A stretch of DNA of 64,000 bases from contig OZ242180.1 of NCBI GenBank assembly GCA_965205485.1, forward strand, positions 1,440,001 to 1,504,000, read 5' to 3'. This DNA comes from Candidatus Latescibacterota bacterium (GTDB lineage: Bacteria > Latescibacterota > UBA2968 > GCA-2709665). The notes under the pieces were generated by a model, which was not told the DNA's origin, made no database searches, and saw nothing but the letters and a program-made list of their open reading frames with translations. This document shows positions 18,157 through 28,957 of this stretch, piece by piece; position 1 is the first letter of the stretch, and each line of letters starts with the position of its first letter. A program made the position numbers and the translations under genes.

Positions 18157-21100
18157 TCAATCCGTTTCCGCAATGACAAAACCGGCGTCTTTTTCGAAGG
18201 TTTCCCCGGTGTTTACATCCCTGACCGTTACTTTCAACAGACATTTCCCGGGCGGACGGTTTTCAAGCTCGAGTTCCACGTATTCCGCTTCCTGGGCCGC
18301 CGTGCCCTGTTGTTCGTACGTAACGGAGAGTTCCTCACGTTTGCCTTCCCGCCATCGGGTCAGGCTGGATATGATACCGACGGCGCCGGGGTTGTCGTTC
18401 GACGTGACCGTATAGGATACTTCGTAATCCGTCTGACCAAACTCGTCCTGTGACAGGTTGTAGATCTCGTAATAGACGAATACGCTCTGGCCTTTCGCGT
18501 ACGTCCGCGTGGGCATGGGAATGACCCACAGTCTCCCCTTGCTGAATTTGTCCTCGTTCTCGCTCGTGGAGATCCTCCAGGCCATCTCGAGGTCGCTTAT
18601 CTGGAGTCCCGTCTCCCCGTAGGATTCAATCTCCACGTCCTGTCGGTACCGCGCGTGTCCGGCGGAAAGACGGTCCTTCATCTTGACTTCCATCCGATAG
18701 AGCCCGGCCGGAACGTCCATGCGGGCAAGGTCAGGAACGAACCCGCAGTGTTCGGTGGTCACGTCACCCCTGGCCGCGAATCGTATCCGTTCGTGACTGC
18801 GGTATACCGCTCCCGTCGTTCGGTTGCGCAGCGCGACCGTCCGGTCGGCATCTATTTCGGTACGGTCGTCATGGTCCAGATAATGGCCCTGGTGGCGCGG
18901 AATCCCGGCGTAGACCTCGAGCGCCGAATCGTAACCCTGGTCGCTTCTGAAGTCAGCCGAATCGTAATAGAACTCCATCGGGTCCTCGTTCCGAGGCGGA
19001 ACGTAGTAGTCCGGAGTTGCCGCGGCAGCCATGCGATAGACGTTGTGGGGATTGTACCGGGTCAGCATGGCCTGCTGCCGGCTGGGAATGCGGGCGTCCA
19101 GCGGCGCCGGCGCGTAGTTGAAGGTGCCATTATGGAATTCGTCGGTGAACGTGATCTCGATACCACCGCCCACGGTGACGTAGACCCATGTCTCCCACGG
19201 GACGATCGAGACATCGGCCTCACTGGTCACGGGCCTATACTCCACCGACCTCCCGCTACCCCTGCCCGTACCGTAGATCTTCTCGACTTGCTGGGTGCGA
19301 TCAATTCCAAATATACGAGCCAGCTTTTCCTTATTGGTATCATCGTGAACTTCCGCGTTAAACCCGGGGGAGTCGCCCACACCTACACCCCGATGGCTTC
19401 GCACCGGGTAAACCGGACCAGCATAGGTAGCGCCTGGGCCCGAGGTCTGAATTGGTACGTCTCCGCCGGCGTGCCCGATACCATCCAGATCGGTGCCGGA
19501 TTTCAGAAACATGTGCGGCGGGACAGCAGCGCCGTAGAGCGCCGTGGAGAGGCGCTCCTTGATCCGCTGGACCGCCAGGGACTGCTGGAAGTTCCGGTTG
19601 TCGGAGCGGGACCGGTGGTCCGGCTCTCCGAACCGGATGTAGACTTCGCCGCGCTGGTCCCACGGCTGTTTGCCCTCGGAGAAATTCTGCATCGAATACC
19701 AGACCCGCCGGTAATGCTCCAGCCGGCGTTCGTTGGCGGCCGTGGTCAGGTCCGGGTCTCTTTCAGACCAGAACGAATCCAGGAATGCTTCTCTGTCTGA
19801 CAACGGGATCCGTTCAAAGGCCTCGAGGGTCTCGGATGACGCGACCAGCCTGATATCGTCGTAGTATGCCCGTTCCTCTTCATCAACCGCCTTGAGGTAG
19901 TCCCTGAAAAATGCTTCTGCCCTGTCAAAGGCTTCCAGTCTGGCGCAGGCCTGCCCGAGAATAGGCAGGATCTGGATGTCGTCGGGATGTTCCAGGGCGT
20001 ATTCCTGCAGCATCTCAGCGATACGCGCGTAGTTGCGTGTCTCCAGGTAGACCGCTGCCAGGCGTTTCCGGCCCTCTGGATCCGCCGGCGCCAGGCCCAT
20101 ATATTGAGCATAGTACAGCGCGGCGTTTTCAAAGTCCTTCTCGAATTCTTCGTACCATTTGCCCATCAGCAGGTAGGCCGGGGCGTACCGAGGGTCTATT
20201 TCCATCAGTTTCTCGAGGTCGAGCCTGGCGTCGTGTTCTTCCAGTTCGTGCCGGACCTCGGCGATATTATAGCGCGCTTCGACATAGTCCCGCTTGTACT
20301 GAAGCGCTTTCTGGAAGTAGCGAATGGCGTCGTAGGAGCCCCTTGGCCACCTTCGAAACGTCAGACCCAGGCCGAAATAGGCCTCGGCCAGCGTGTGGTC
20401 GCTTTCTATCGCGCCTTCAAACGCGTGAATGGCCCGTACCAGGTTCCCAACCTCCAGGTAAGCGAAGCCGAGCTTGCTGTGGCCGGTTGAAAAACCCGGA
20501 GCGACACCGGCGAGGATCTCCAGTGTGGAGACAGCCCTTAGTGGGTCCTTTTGGGTGAGTTCGATCCCAAGTGCAAGGAGAGAGTCGATCTGGGTTCGGG
20601 CTACGCGCCGGTCGACGGTTCGATAGCCTGCGTAGCTGCGGACGGATTCTACAAGGCGCCCACCGTGGAAGAAACTGGTGACCACGGCATCGCTGCCCAC
20701 AGCTTCCGGTCGGTAGCCGTGCTCGTAGCTGATTCGTCGGTCTCCTTCGGGGTCGGCAGGAGAGCGGAACAGGGTGTTCATAACGACGGAGTCGGCTCGC
20801 GTGAGGGTATGGGACTCGATCCAGGTCTTTAACCCGTGCAGGTCCGAAGGCCGCTGGCCGCCGTGGCCCTGTTCGTAAGCTTGCAGGAGGTCCCCAATAA
20901 CGGTCAGGTGATCCCGGCACACCCAACGTGCGCCGGGTTTTTCTTTAGCTTCCAGGGCCGTCGCGCCGAGCGCCCTGACGTACGCAAGCACCGGCTCCCG
21001 GTAAAGACCCTGTTTACTGAATCGGCCGGGGAGGGCTTCCCAGGACTTTGCGGCTTTGCGGTACCGGTCCTCAGCCTCTTCGAAATTCCATCGATGCAGG

Positions 21101-21651
21101 GTGCTGTATGCCAGCGCCGTAGCTTTGAACGCGGCCGCGACGCCCGAAAGAACCGTTCGCGCACCTTCACTTGGAAGAGGTGTTTCGCCGGCATCCGAAC
21201 CCAAAGGCGTTCGGGATTCGGCAAGTTCCGTTCCGGGCAATCGCTGGACGGATCCATCCGCGAAAGAGATTTCCCAGACGCCGGACGTGACCATCGGTAT
21301 TGATCGCTTAGGGACCAGAGAAAGACTGTGCAGCGCGACCCGCAACGGAATTGACCGGTAATGGAGCTTTTTCCCACCAAGCGTCCACGCCAGGTTCCCG
21401 GGGGGACCGGGAAAGATGCCCAGACAACGTGGCGCGTCTCCTTCGGTCCGGACCCAAATCTCCGTAACGGCGACCGGGCCGGTTTCCAGGACGACGGCCC
21501 AGGCGGTCTGCCCTTCACTCGACACGGATCTCGACTGACGGCGAGTTTCCGCATCTGCTTCCACAAGCGGGTAGACAGCCGCCAATATACCGACGAAAGT
21601 CGTGACCATAGTCCGCCGGACAATGCGTATGGATCCATATTGAGATCTCAT
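18157..21651 (-). CDS. Exported TPR + GWxTD-type domain protein, long class A1
   Basis: Collinear paralog of 1175-4480; PWDQRGEVYIRFGEPD. Likely start MRSQYG at 21651. Confidence 0.88.
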   Translation of the reverse strand: MRSQYGSIRIVRRTMVTTFVGILAAVYPLVEADAETRRQSRSVSSEGQTAWAVVLETGPVAVTEIWVRTEGDAPRCLGIFPGPPGNLAWTLGGKKLHYRSIPLRVALHSLSLVPKRSIPMVTSGVWEISFADGSVQRLPGTELAESRTPLGSDAGETPLPSEGARTVLSGVAAAFKATALAYSTLHRWNFEEAEDRYRKAAKSWEALPGRFSKQGLYREPVLAYVRALGATALEAKEKPGARWVCRDHLTVIGDLLQAYEQGHGGQRPSDLHGLKTWIESHTLTRADSVVMNTLFRSPADPEGDRRISYEHGYRPEAVGSDAVVTSFFHGGRLVESVRSYAGYRTVDRRVARTQIDSLLALGIELTQKDPLRAVSTLEILAGVAPGFSTGHSKLGFAYLEVGNLVRAIHAFEGAIESDHTLAEAYFGLGLTFRRWPRGSYDAIRYFQKALQYKRDYVEARYNIAEVRHELEEHDARLDLEKLMEIDPRYAPAYLLMGKWYEEFEKDFENAALYYAQYMGLAPADPEGRKRLAAVYLETRNYARIAEMLQEYALEHPDDIQILPILGQACARLEAFDRAEAFFRDYLKAVDEEERAYYDDIRLVASSETLEAFERIPLSDREAFLDSFWSERDPDLTTAANERRLEHYRRVWYSMQNFSEGKQPWDQRGEVYIRFGEPDHRSRSDNRNFQQSLAVQRIKERLSTALYGAAVPPHMFLKSGTDLDGIGHAGGDVPIQTSGPGATYAGPVYPVRSHRGVGVGDSPGFNAEVHDDTNKEKLARIFGIDRTQQVEKIYGTGRGSGRSVEYRPVTSEADVSIVPWETWVYVTVGGGIEITFTDEFHNGTFNYAPAPLDARIPSRQQAMLTRYNPHNVYRMAAAATPDYYVPPRNEDPMEFYYDSADFRSDQGYDSALEVYAGIPRHQGHYLDHDDRTEIDADRTVALRNRTTGAVYRSHERIRFAARGDVTTEHCGFVPDLARMDVPAGLYRMEVKMKDRLSAGHARYRQDVEIESYGETGLQISDLEMAWRISTSENEDKFSKGRLWVIPMPTRTYAKGQSVFVYYEIYNLSQDEFGQTDYEVSYTVTSNDNPGAVGIISSLTRWREGKREELSVTYEQQGTAAQEAEYVELELENRPPGKCLLKVTVRDVNTGETFEKDAGFVIAETD

Positions 21652-21784
21652 ATTGTGACCCTTTCGCCGTAACCGAAAACATGCTCCATCCACAATCGCT
21701 CCAGGAATGTGATTTCACGCTCCTGTCGTCAACATCCGTAGGATCCTGTGAATTCCGCTCGTATTCCGCGTATTAATACACGTC

Positions 21785-23365
21785 CTATTCACTGACGGAT
21801 ATCCTGGCCCTTATGGACATTTTGACCGCGTCGCTATCCACGATGCGAACCTTCCGGTCGTTAGTTGCTTCCGTAGTGATCACCATAAGGGATTTGAGAC
21901 GCGACCTGGAGAACACAGCCGCCTCTGCCGCCGTGAGCGTCACCTGTTCCCGGTGGGTTACGGGTTGCCTTACCAATCCTGTCGAAGCGTCGACCGGCGC
22001 CGCACCAACGGCAATTTCGCCCTGCCGGGGGATCCTCAAAGCCGGAGACTCTAGGAGCCGTTCGGCGTCCGTTCCTAGAAAAAGCTGAATCCCGACGCCC
22101 ACGGGCAGACCATTGGCAAGATCCAGTGTGAGAGTTCCACCTGTGGCTCGTGCAAGTCTGGCACGGGTGGACGTATCGCTACTGATATTCTTCGATTCCG
22201 AGACTGCCGTATTGTCCGCGAAGGCAGCCTTAAGAGGCGAACGGATGGCTACCTGGATATCGATACCGTCGGTCCGTCTGACCGTCGACTGGGTGACGCC
22301 GCCAAGGAGGATGTCGCCGCTGATTTCGATGAATGCCGGTTTGAGGTTCAGCAGGTCGACGATGTTGCTGTTCGTTTCGTCAAGACGAAGCGTCGTAAGC
22401 ACGGGTTGGTCCGAATTGCCCTCGGAAAGGTCGCCCAATTCCGCGGGAAGATCCAGCGACGCCGATCGGCTACCTGTCATATCCTCTCGAGCAGTGACTC
22501 TCATGCTGATTTTCCGCGTAAACGCAATCGCATTGGAGAGACTGACTTCCAAGGTGGCCGAAGTAACGCCTTTGAAATCCGAAGGCAACGCGACTTCCAC
22601 GGGACCCGTCTCAAACGGCACACGCATGTCGATGATGTTGCCTCTCAGCGACCTGAAAGGAATCGGGGTTGGAACGAAACGCCAATCCACCATCTGTTCG
22701 GCAATGAAACGGAGTCCAATCGTCTCGACGTCCATATTTCCCCTTATGTCACGAATTGCTCCCTCTCGACGACCGGAGGTGAATGGCCGAAGGATCATCC
22801 CTCCCAGCGGCAAACGAACGGTCGTATCGGACTCAGCGGAAATGACCTCGGCCAATTCCAGCATCTCGCCGCGTACCAGGTCCTGGAAATACAGCTTTAC
22901 CCCCACATCTTCCGGCATGTTGTTGTGCAGATCGAACCGGAGTTCTCCGGATGCGACCACGGCCTCACCGACCTGGAGACGGGACGGTCTTAGTCTGATA
23001 GTTATCCAGGCCGTCGTCGAACCCGTACTTTCCCTCCTGCCTCCCCAACCCGAATCCGGCAATGGGAAGATCATCAGGCTGTCTTCAAGGGTCACCCGGA
23101 TATCCTGCGCAATATCGACTACCGGTCGTAGATCCTGCATGTCCTCCTGCTGTGAGACAACCTCCCGCATCGTAAGAATCAGGTCGCTGAAGGACAGGTT
23201 GATCGACGAACTGGTCTGAGCGGGCCCCTGCGATGGCGCCGGACCCTGCGGCGAACTCTTCTGGCCGCAACCGATACACGCCACGGCGAACAGAACCATC
23301 CAGGTTTGACAAACCATGGTCCTGTATCCTGGTAGATTACCTGATTTCAGCCTCTTGGAATTCAT
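21785..23365 (-). CDS. Uncharacterised probable lipoprotein with repeated beta-rich domains
   Basis: 526-aa ORF; hydrophobic stretch followed by VAC/IGC; repeated 'L..N..P' segments (LHNNMP, LSNAIA, LANGLP). Confidence 0.7.
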   Translation of the reverse strand: MNSKRLKSGNLPGYRTMVCQTWMVLFAVACIGCGQKSSPQGPAPSQGPAQTSSSINLSFSDLILTMREVVSQQEDMQDLRPVVDIAQDIRVTLEDSLMIFPLPDSGWGGRRESTGSTTAWITIRLRPSRLQVGEAVVASGELRFDLHNNMPEDVGVKLYFQDLVRGEMLELAEVISAESDTTVRLPLGGMILRPFTSGRREGAIRDIRGNMDVETIGLRFIAEQMVDWRFVPTPIPFRSLRGNIIDMRVPFETGPVEVALPSDFKGVTSATLEVSLSNAIAFTRKISMRVTAREDMTGSRSASLDLPAELGDLSEGNSDQPVLTTLRLDETNSNIVDLLNLKPAFIEISGDILLGGVTQSTVRRTDGIDIQVAIRSPLKAAFADNTAVSESKNISSDTSTRARLARATGGTLTLDLANGLPVGVGIQLFLGTDAERLLESPALRIPRQGEIAVGAAPVDASTGLVRQPVTHREQVTLTAAEAAVFSRSRLKSLMVITTEATNDRKVRIVDSDAVKMSIRARISVSE

Positions 23366-23372
23366 CGTTCAC

Positions 23373-23734
23373 CACACCTGTCCAAAATCGTCTTTTCCAA
23401 CAGCTATCACGACTTGATCCATCTGCAACCGGAGCGAGGGCATCCTGCCCTCGAACGTCGCGTCATCTACCCCTATTCGCGTCGAGAGACTGACGGGTCC
23501 ATTCAATCCGACACCGGTTCACGGAAAACACTGTGTGCGACGTGTTATCCGATGTCGAGGGCAGGATGCCCTCGCTCCCGGGAACGCCAACCACACCGGT
23601 CCCAATTCGGTTTCTGCCCTGGACAGCCGTGCACAAATGAGGGAGACCTGCACTGGCACTTCGAAACGACTTTCAAGAAAACCAGGTACTTACGCATCCA
23701 AGATCGTCTTTTAAAAACAACCTTGGACAGCAGT
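23373..23734. mobile_element. ~360-bp MITE/REPIN-like element, copy 1
   Basis: Collinear with 46971-47332; ends CTGTCCAA/TTGGACAG; internal 24-bp inverted pair GGAGCGAGGGCATCCTGCCCTCGA / TCGAGGGCAGGATGCCCTCGCTCC. Confidence 0.75.
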
Positions 23735-23923
23735 GAGCGTTCACTGATCCTGAAATGCGGATTGAAAGCCCTGGTTTCCATAGCATGGTCGATTGAAGGC
23801 GAAATTCCTGTCACTCGACGACAATACGTGCCTCTTTTTGGGCGACCGGGCGAAGTTTCGATATTGATACCCACAATGAACTTCTGATGCGGGTCTGCGC
23901 GCCGGGCGCCGCGATGACGACGC

Positions 23924-25042
23924 CTAAGGCCTGTACGCCAGGATCTGATCGATGGTTTCTCCGTTTTTTGATCCGCCAATAACCAGTACGCGCCCGTCGC
24001 GAAGCACCGTTACGCTATACAGCTTGTAGTCTGGCCCGATACTGTGGCCTGTGGGATGAAATGTCCCTTTTTCCGGGTCGTAGAGTACCGCGTCGCCGTT
24101 GCGGAGGATGAAAAATACATTCCCATTATTTAACACGGCGGCAGCTCTAATCTGCTCGTTGCCGGGACTGCCAGCCCGCGAAAACGTCCCGATGGAGGGG
24201 TCGCATCGCTCAGCGGCCGTCACCTGCGTCGGTGAAGCTGGATCACCTTTTCTGCCGCCTGCAATGAACACGCTGCCGTCCCGAAGCAGCAGCGCCACAT
24301 GTCCGTACCGCTCGTGCGTCAGCCCCCCGATCTTCGTAATAATATTGGACGACGGATCGTAGATTTCAGAATCTCTAACCGCGCGATCGGTAATCCCACC
24401 GATAATCAAGGCCCGCCCATCCCGCAGCATTGTCGCCGTATATGCCCCGCGAGGGACCGCCAGCCTGTTCTTGAATTCAAACTCGCCCGTTTCCGGATCT
24501 ATAGTCCAGATAGCGCCGAATCGACCGAATGCAAGGATCTTTCCATCTGAAAGTACCATAGACTTGGAGATTTTTTCGAATGCGGGATTGAATTGAATTG
24601 GCGCAAATGCACCGGTTCGCGGATCGAATATTTCCACCGGGTAAGTCTTTGCACCGGTATGCTGAGTCGCGCTTGCAAATACAACCCGACCGTCTGGCAG
24701 CAACGTCCCCTTGTCGTTCATTCGAGATGTCGACATGCTGTGGGTTGCTCTGGAGGATCCGGTTTCGGGATCGAAAATCTCCGCACTGCTATGATGCGTC
24801 GCGTATGCATCGGACCCACCCGTCGCGGCGCCTCCACCGATCAGTACCCTTCCGTCCCGCAACAATATCGAATAATGCCCGTGACGCTTGTCCGTCATGT
24901 GTCCGGCGACTTCAAAGCCCGTCAAGCCGTTGTTTGGATCAACACGTGTAGGCGCATCGCCGCCGCAGCCCGTCAGTATCGATAATATGGCGAACGCCAA
25001 AACGCTCCTTGCGGACATGCCGTTTCGTACCTCCGGTACCAC
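23924..25042 (-). CDS. Kelch-type beta-propeller lipoprotein
   Basis: Lipobox LTGC; repeats R.GH...LLRDGRVLIGGG...AEIFDP; paralog of 4916-6007. Confidence 0.9.
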   Translation of the reverse strand: MVPEVRNGMSARSVLAFAILSILTGCGGDAPTRVDPNNGLTGFEVAGHMTDKRHGHYSILLRDGRVLIGGGAATGGSDAYATHHSSAEIFDPETGSSRATHSMSTSRMNDKGTLLPDGRVVFASATQHTGAKTYPVEIFDPRTGAFAPIQFNPAFEKISKSMVLSDGKILAFGRFGAIWTIDPETGEFEFKNRLAVPRGAYTATMLRDGRALIIGGITDRAVRDSEIYDPSSNIITKIGGLTHERYGHVALLLRDGSVFIAGGRKGDPASPTQVTAAERCDPSIGTFSRAGSPGNEQIRAAAVLNNGNVFFILRNGDAVLYDPEKGTFHPTGHSIGPDYKLYSVTVLRDGRVLVIGGSKNGETIDQILAYRP

Positions 25043-25056
25043 TTTGTCCTCCGATC

Positions 25057-28000
25057 CTACTTCGCAATAACAAACACAACGTCTTTCGCCACCGTTTCAC
25101 CGCTGTTCCGGTCTTCGATCGCCACCTTCAGCGAGTATCGGCCCGGGACCTGTTCGGCGAGGTCCAATTCGACATATTCCACTTCCTGCGCTGCCGCCCC
25201 CTGTTGTTCGTAGGTGACGGCCAGTTCTTCGCGTATTCCGGTTCGCCAGCGGAACAGTCGGGAGATGTTGCTGGCGGCGCCCGGTGTGTCTCTGGATGTG
25301 ATCGTATGGGATACATTATAGCTTGTCTGCCCAAACGCGTCTTTTGCCAGGTTGTAGATTTCGTAATAGACGAAGACGCCCTGGCCCTTCCTGAATGTTC
25401 GCGACGGCAGCGGAACGACGTTCAGATCTCCCTTGTTGAACGGGCTGCCCGCTTTTTCCGATGCTACCTTCCAGGCCAGTTCCAGGTCGCTCATCTGCAG
25501 TCGTTCTTCTCCATACGGCTCCACGACGACCTGCTGTCGATAGGCGCCCATTCGCCCTCTGAGCCGGTCCTGCGCCTTCACCTCCAGCCGGTAAGCGCCG
25601 GGCGGCAGGTTCAGCTTCAGGACGCCGGGGACCTGGATGCCCTCTCCGGCCTGGTTTCCTTTCGCCTCGTACGTCAGCCCGTCCGATTGCCGGTACACGG
25701 TGTCCAGCGTGGATGAAATAAGCGCCGCATGGTGCGTGAGCACCTGGCGCGTGACGTTTTCCTCCGAATCGTAGTGAGCTGGGAGAATGGGAACCCCGTA
25801 GTAGATTTCGAGCAGGCTCCGGTCATCCTCGCCCCTGAAATCCGCCAGCGAGTAATGGAAATCCAGAGGCGTCGTCTCCTCTTCCGGCGCATAGTAATCG
25901 GGTTCCACACGTGCCGCTCGCTTGTAGATCTCTCTCGGGGAGTGATTTCTCAACTTTGCGGTCTGGCCGAGGTCGATGTCCCCGCGATTCGGCGGCATAG
26001 GGGCGTATTCGTAGGTCCCGGAGCCGAATTCGTCCGTGAAGGTGATTTCAATCCCGCCGCCCACGCCGGTGTAGATCCACGTCTCCCAGGGGATCGTTCC
26101 CCTGTCTTCGCCGGAGGTGACCGGGTGGTAATCTCCGAAGCCCAGGCGCTTGTCCATATCCATGAGACCCAGCCTCACGGTATCCATGACGTCCTCCACC
26201 GGTGCGGGTCCCCCAGACCCCCCACCTCCACCGGAGAACTCATCCCCGCCCGCGGATCCCCCGCTTTCGCCCGGCGCTCCGGCACTACCCGTACGCAGAC
26301 CCGGTGTCTCCGCTTCTCGAAACTCGTACCATTCGCCCTCCAGTCGTCGCATGCCGCGAACCGGAAAGACCGGACCCAAAAACGTCTCTCCCATTCCATC
26401 GCCGCCGTAGATATTCGCGGCGAGGCGTTCCTTGACCCGCTGCACGGCCAGGCTTTGTTTGTAGTTGGGCTGATCCGATCTGGAGCGGTGGTCCGGTTCT
26501 CCGAATCGAATATAGACCTCGCCCCTCACGTCCCACGGTTCTTTGTTTTCCGAGAATTCAGTCAGCGCCTGCCATACACGGCGGTAGTGTTCAAGAAGGC
26601 GCTCATTTACCGGCGTGGACAGATCCGTGTCCCGGTCGTTCCAGAACCGTCTCAGGAAAGCGGGGCGTTCAGCCTCGGGAGTATTGTTGAATTCTGTCAT
26701 TTCTTCGAACGACGAAACCAGGCGGATATCCTCATACAATACCCGCTCGTGGGACGGGAGTTTTGCCACGTAGTCCTCGAAAAACTCCATCGCCATGTCC
26801 GGCTTTCCCTGCTTCATGGACGCCTGCGCGACGATCGGCATCAGTTCAATTGCATCGGGGTTCTCCTCGACGAACCCGAGCAGTTTCGCCATGATCTTCT
26901 CGTAGTCTTCGATCATCAGGTAGGCGATGCCCAGCCGGCTGCGCAGACTGGTATCGTCGGGTCTCAGCGCCATATATCGGGTGTACCAGACAATGGCCTG
27001 TTCGTAGTCCTTCCAGAAATCGGCGTACCAGTCGCCCATCAGGCGAAAGGCGTCCGCATAGTTCGGGTCGAGATCCAGCACCCGGTCGACCGCGCGGCCC
27101 ACGTCGTACTCATTCATCAGATATCGCATTCTGGCAATCTGATACCTGGCGTCCACGTACCCGTGGTCACGGGCAAGGGCCTCCTGGAAATAGTGGATGG
27201 CCAGGTTGCGTTCGTTCGGAAGCTCCCCGTACACCAGACCCACACCGTAATAGGCCCTGGCGCCACCCTGCAGAGAGATTGCCTTCTTGAAAGCCCACAT
27301 CGCACGCTTGTAGTCTTCCGCTTTGTAGTAAGCGTGGCCGAGTTCGATATGGAGAGGCGCGTCCCTCGGGCGCTGGACGGCAACGAGCCGGAACAGGGCG
27401 GCCGCCTCCCGCAGTCGCTCCTCTTTGGTGCGCTGAAGCACGACGGCGAAGAGCGAGTCGACCGTCTCAGAACGCATGTCCTCCGCCTCGAGCCTTCGTG
27501 CGTTCTGCCTTTCCGTCAGGTGGAGATACCGGTCGGGGTGCCGGAAACATGCCAGGATTGGCATGCCGGGAGCGGCGTCCGGCCTATACAGATATTCGAT
27601 CAACGGCTCCGAATCGGAAGTTGTCGGACAGCTGAAGACAATTTCGAGGACTTCCTTGTCTCGCCTGAGTTCCGGTTCGCTGGACGCCTGCACGTCTACA
27701 TTCTGTTTCACCCACCCATACAGAACGCTGTGTTCATTCGGAAGAGCGCCGTGCTTCTCGGCGTAGCGGTGCGCCAGGTCGTTCAATACGAGCATGTGTT
27801 CCAGGCAGGCATGTTCCCCTGCGGCGGCGCCGGTTCTCAGCTGTTGTTCGCGCAGTGTCGCCACATACGCGAGGCAGCTTGCTTTCGAGATCCGAAGGTC
27901 CTTGTGGTGTTTATGGAACCCCGCGAACATTCGCTCCACGGCCTTTCGCGCGTCCTTCTCCCGGTGGCGGTCCGCCCGGTGCACGGCCGAATTCATCCGG

Positions 28001-28845
28001 CTTAACCGGATCATTCCTCTTTGAAGCTCAGCCAGTGCCCGTTGTAACGAGACCTGGTCGCGAGCGTCCGGAGTGGGTTCGAATTCGGCGCGCGCGGTCT
28101 CCGCAGTGGCTCGAACGCCGGCGGCTTCGGAGTCGGTTTCCGTGCCCACCTCGCCGGTTTCCACGTGCACGAACTTAACTTCCTTCGACGTCGAATCACC
28201 CTCAGCGAAGTAGACTTTCGCACCGTCTCCGGACCAGCGCGGAGCGCCGGTTGTCGTGCCGATCCGAAGTTGCGTTGCCTGTCCCGCCCGGTCGACCCTC
28301 CACAGCCCCGGTTGACCCCAGTCCACCGAGGCGTCCCACTCGCCCCGAACCGCGAGAAAATCGCCGTCGGGCGAGAGGGCAAGGTCCAATGGATTGAGTT
28401 CGGGAGGGAGCGGCCAGCGGGACTCGTTCGATCCGTCGACCGCGAGTTCCCAGATCCGATTCTTCACGATCGGCAGGCTGCGGCCGCCCGAGAGATACGA
28501 TCCGAACGCGGGAAATCTGAGGCTGCGTTCGAGATAGACGAGCGCGCTGCCATCCGGCAGGAATCCGAGCGAGCCCGAAGCGCCCGGATAGGTCCTGATC
28601 CTCTCACGGCTTGCGCCGCTGTCTCGGGACAGCCATATCTCCGTCAGCAACGCCCTCCGCTCGCCTCGTTGGACGGCGTACGCCAGCATACGACCGTCAG
28701 GTGATGACACTCCAGGGCTGCTTTCGGCCCGCGAGAAAATCATGAAACATAAAAACGAAGCCCCGAGGAGAACCATTTTGATCACAATGCCGGAACCGGA
28801 CGACTTCCGGAAAGACTTTCGACTGACGGTTTTCGAATAAGCCAT
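25057..28845 (-). CDS. Exported beta-propeller-like + TPR + GWxTD-type protein, long class A2
   Basis: SPDGRMLAY / SPDGDFLAV / WSGDG WD40/TolB-like repeats, TPRs, PWDVRGEVYIRFGEPD, Gly-rich insert. Confidence 0.88.
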   Translation of the reverse strand: MAYSKTVSRKSFRKSSGSGIVIKMVLLGASFLCFMIFSRAESSPGVSSPDGRMLAYAVQRGERRALLTEIWLSRDSGASRERIRTYPGASGSLGFLPDGSALVYLERSLRFPAFGSYLSGGRSLPIVKNRIWELAVDGSNESRWPLPPELNPLDLALSPDGDFLAVRGEWDASVDWGQPGLWRVDRAGQATQLRIGTTTGAPRWSGDGAKVYFAEGDSTSKEVKFVHVETGEVGTETDSEAAGVRATAETARAEFEPTPDARDQVSLQRALAELQRGMIRLSRMNSAVHRADRHREKDARKAVERMFAGFHKHHKDLRISKASCLAYVATLREQQLRTGAAAGEHACLEHMLVLNDLAHRYAEKHGALPNEHSVLYGWVKQNVDVQASSEPELRRDKEVLEIVFSCPTTSDSEPLIEYLYRPDAAPGMPILACFRHPDRYLHLTERQNARRLEAEDMRSETVDSLFAVVLQRTKEERLREAAALFRLVAVQRPRDAPLHIELGHAYYKAEDYKRAMWAFKKAISLQGGARAYYGVGLVYGELPNERNLAIHYFQEALARDHGYVDARYQIARMRYLMNEYDVGRAVDRVLDLDPNYADAFRLMGDWYADFWKDYEQAIVWYTRYMALRPDDTSLRSRLGIAYLMIEDYEKIMAKLLGFVEENPDAIELMPIVAQASMKQGKPDMAMEFFEDYVAKLPSHERVLYEDIRLVSSFEEMTEFNNTPEAERPAFLRRFWNDRDTDLSTPVNERLLEHYRRVWQALTEFSENKEPWDVRGEVYIRFGEPDHRSRSDQPNYKQSLAVQRVKERLAANIYGGDGMGETFLGPVFPVRGMRRLEGEWYEFREAETPGLRTGSAGAPGESGGSAGGDEFSGGGGGSGGPAPVEDVMDTVRLGLMDMDKRLGFGDYHPVTSGEDRGTIPWETWIYTGVGGGIEITFTDEFGSGTYEYAPMPPNRGDIDLGQTAKLRNHSPREIYKRAARVEPDYYAPEEETTPLDFHYSLADFRGEDDRSLLEIYYGVPILPAHYDSEENVTRQVLTHHAALISSTLDTVYRQSDGLTYEAKGNQAGEGIQVPGVLKLNLPPGAYRLEVKAQDRLRGRMGAYRQQVVVEPYGEERLQMSDLELAWKVASEKAGSPFNKGDLNVVPLPSRTFRKGQGVFVYYEIYNLAKDAFGQTSYNVSHTITSRDTPGAASNISRLFRWRTGIREELAVTYEQQGAAAQEVEYVELDLAEQVPGRYSLKVAIEDRNSGETVAKDVVFVIAK

Positions 28846-28957
28846 TTGTCCTTTCCCGGCTGCAGTTTCGAAAATAGTGAAGATTTAGTCCTCACCTCAT
28901 GGACACTGACCCTTGCAGTATCTGACTTAGTGTGACTACAAAACCATGTTGTCGTAC

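Noticed and set aside
23414..23979. ORFs 23414-23887 and 23545-23979 as genes
   Set aside because: They lie largely within the repeated 360-bp element and have no recognisable motifs.
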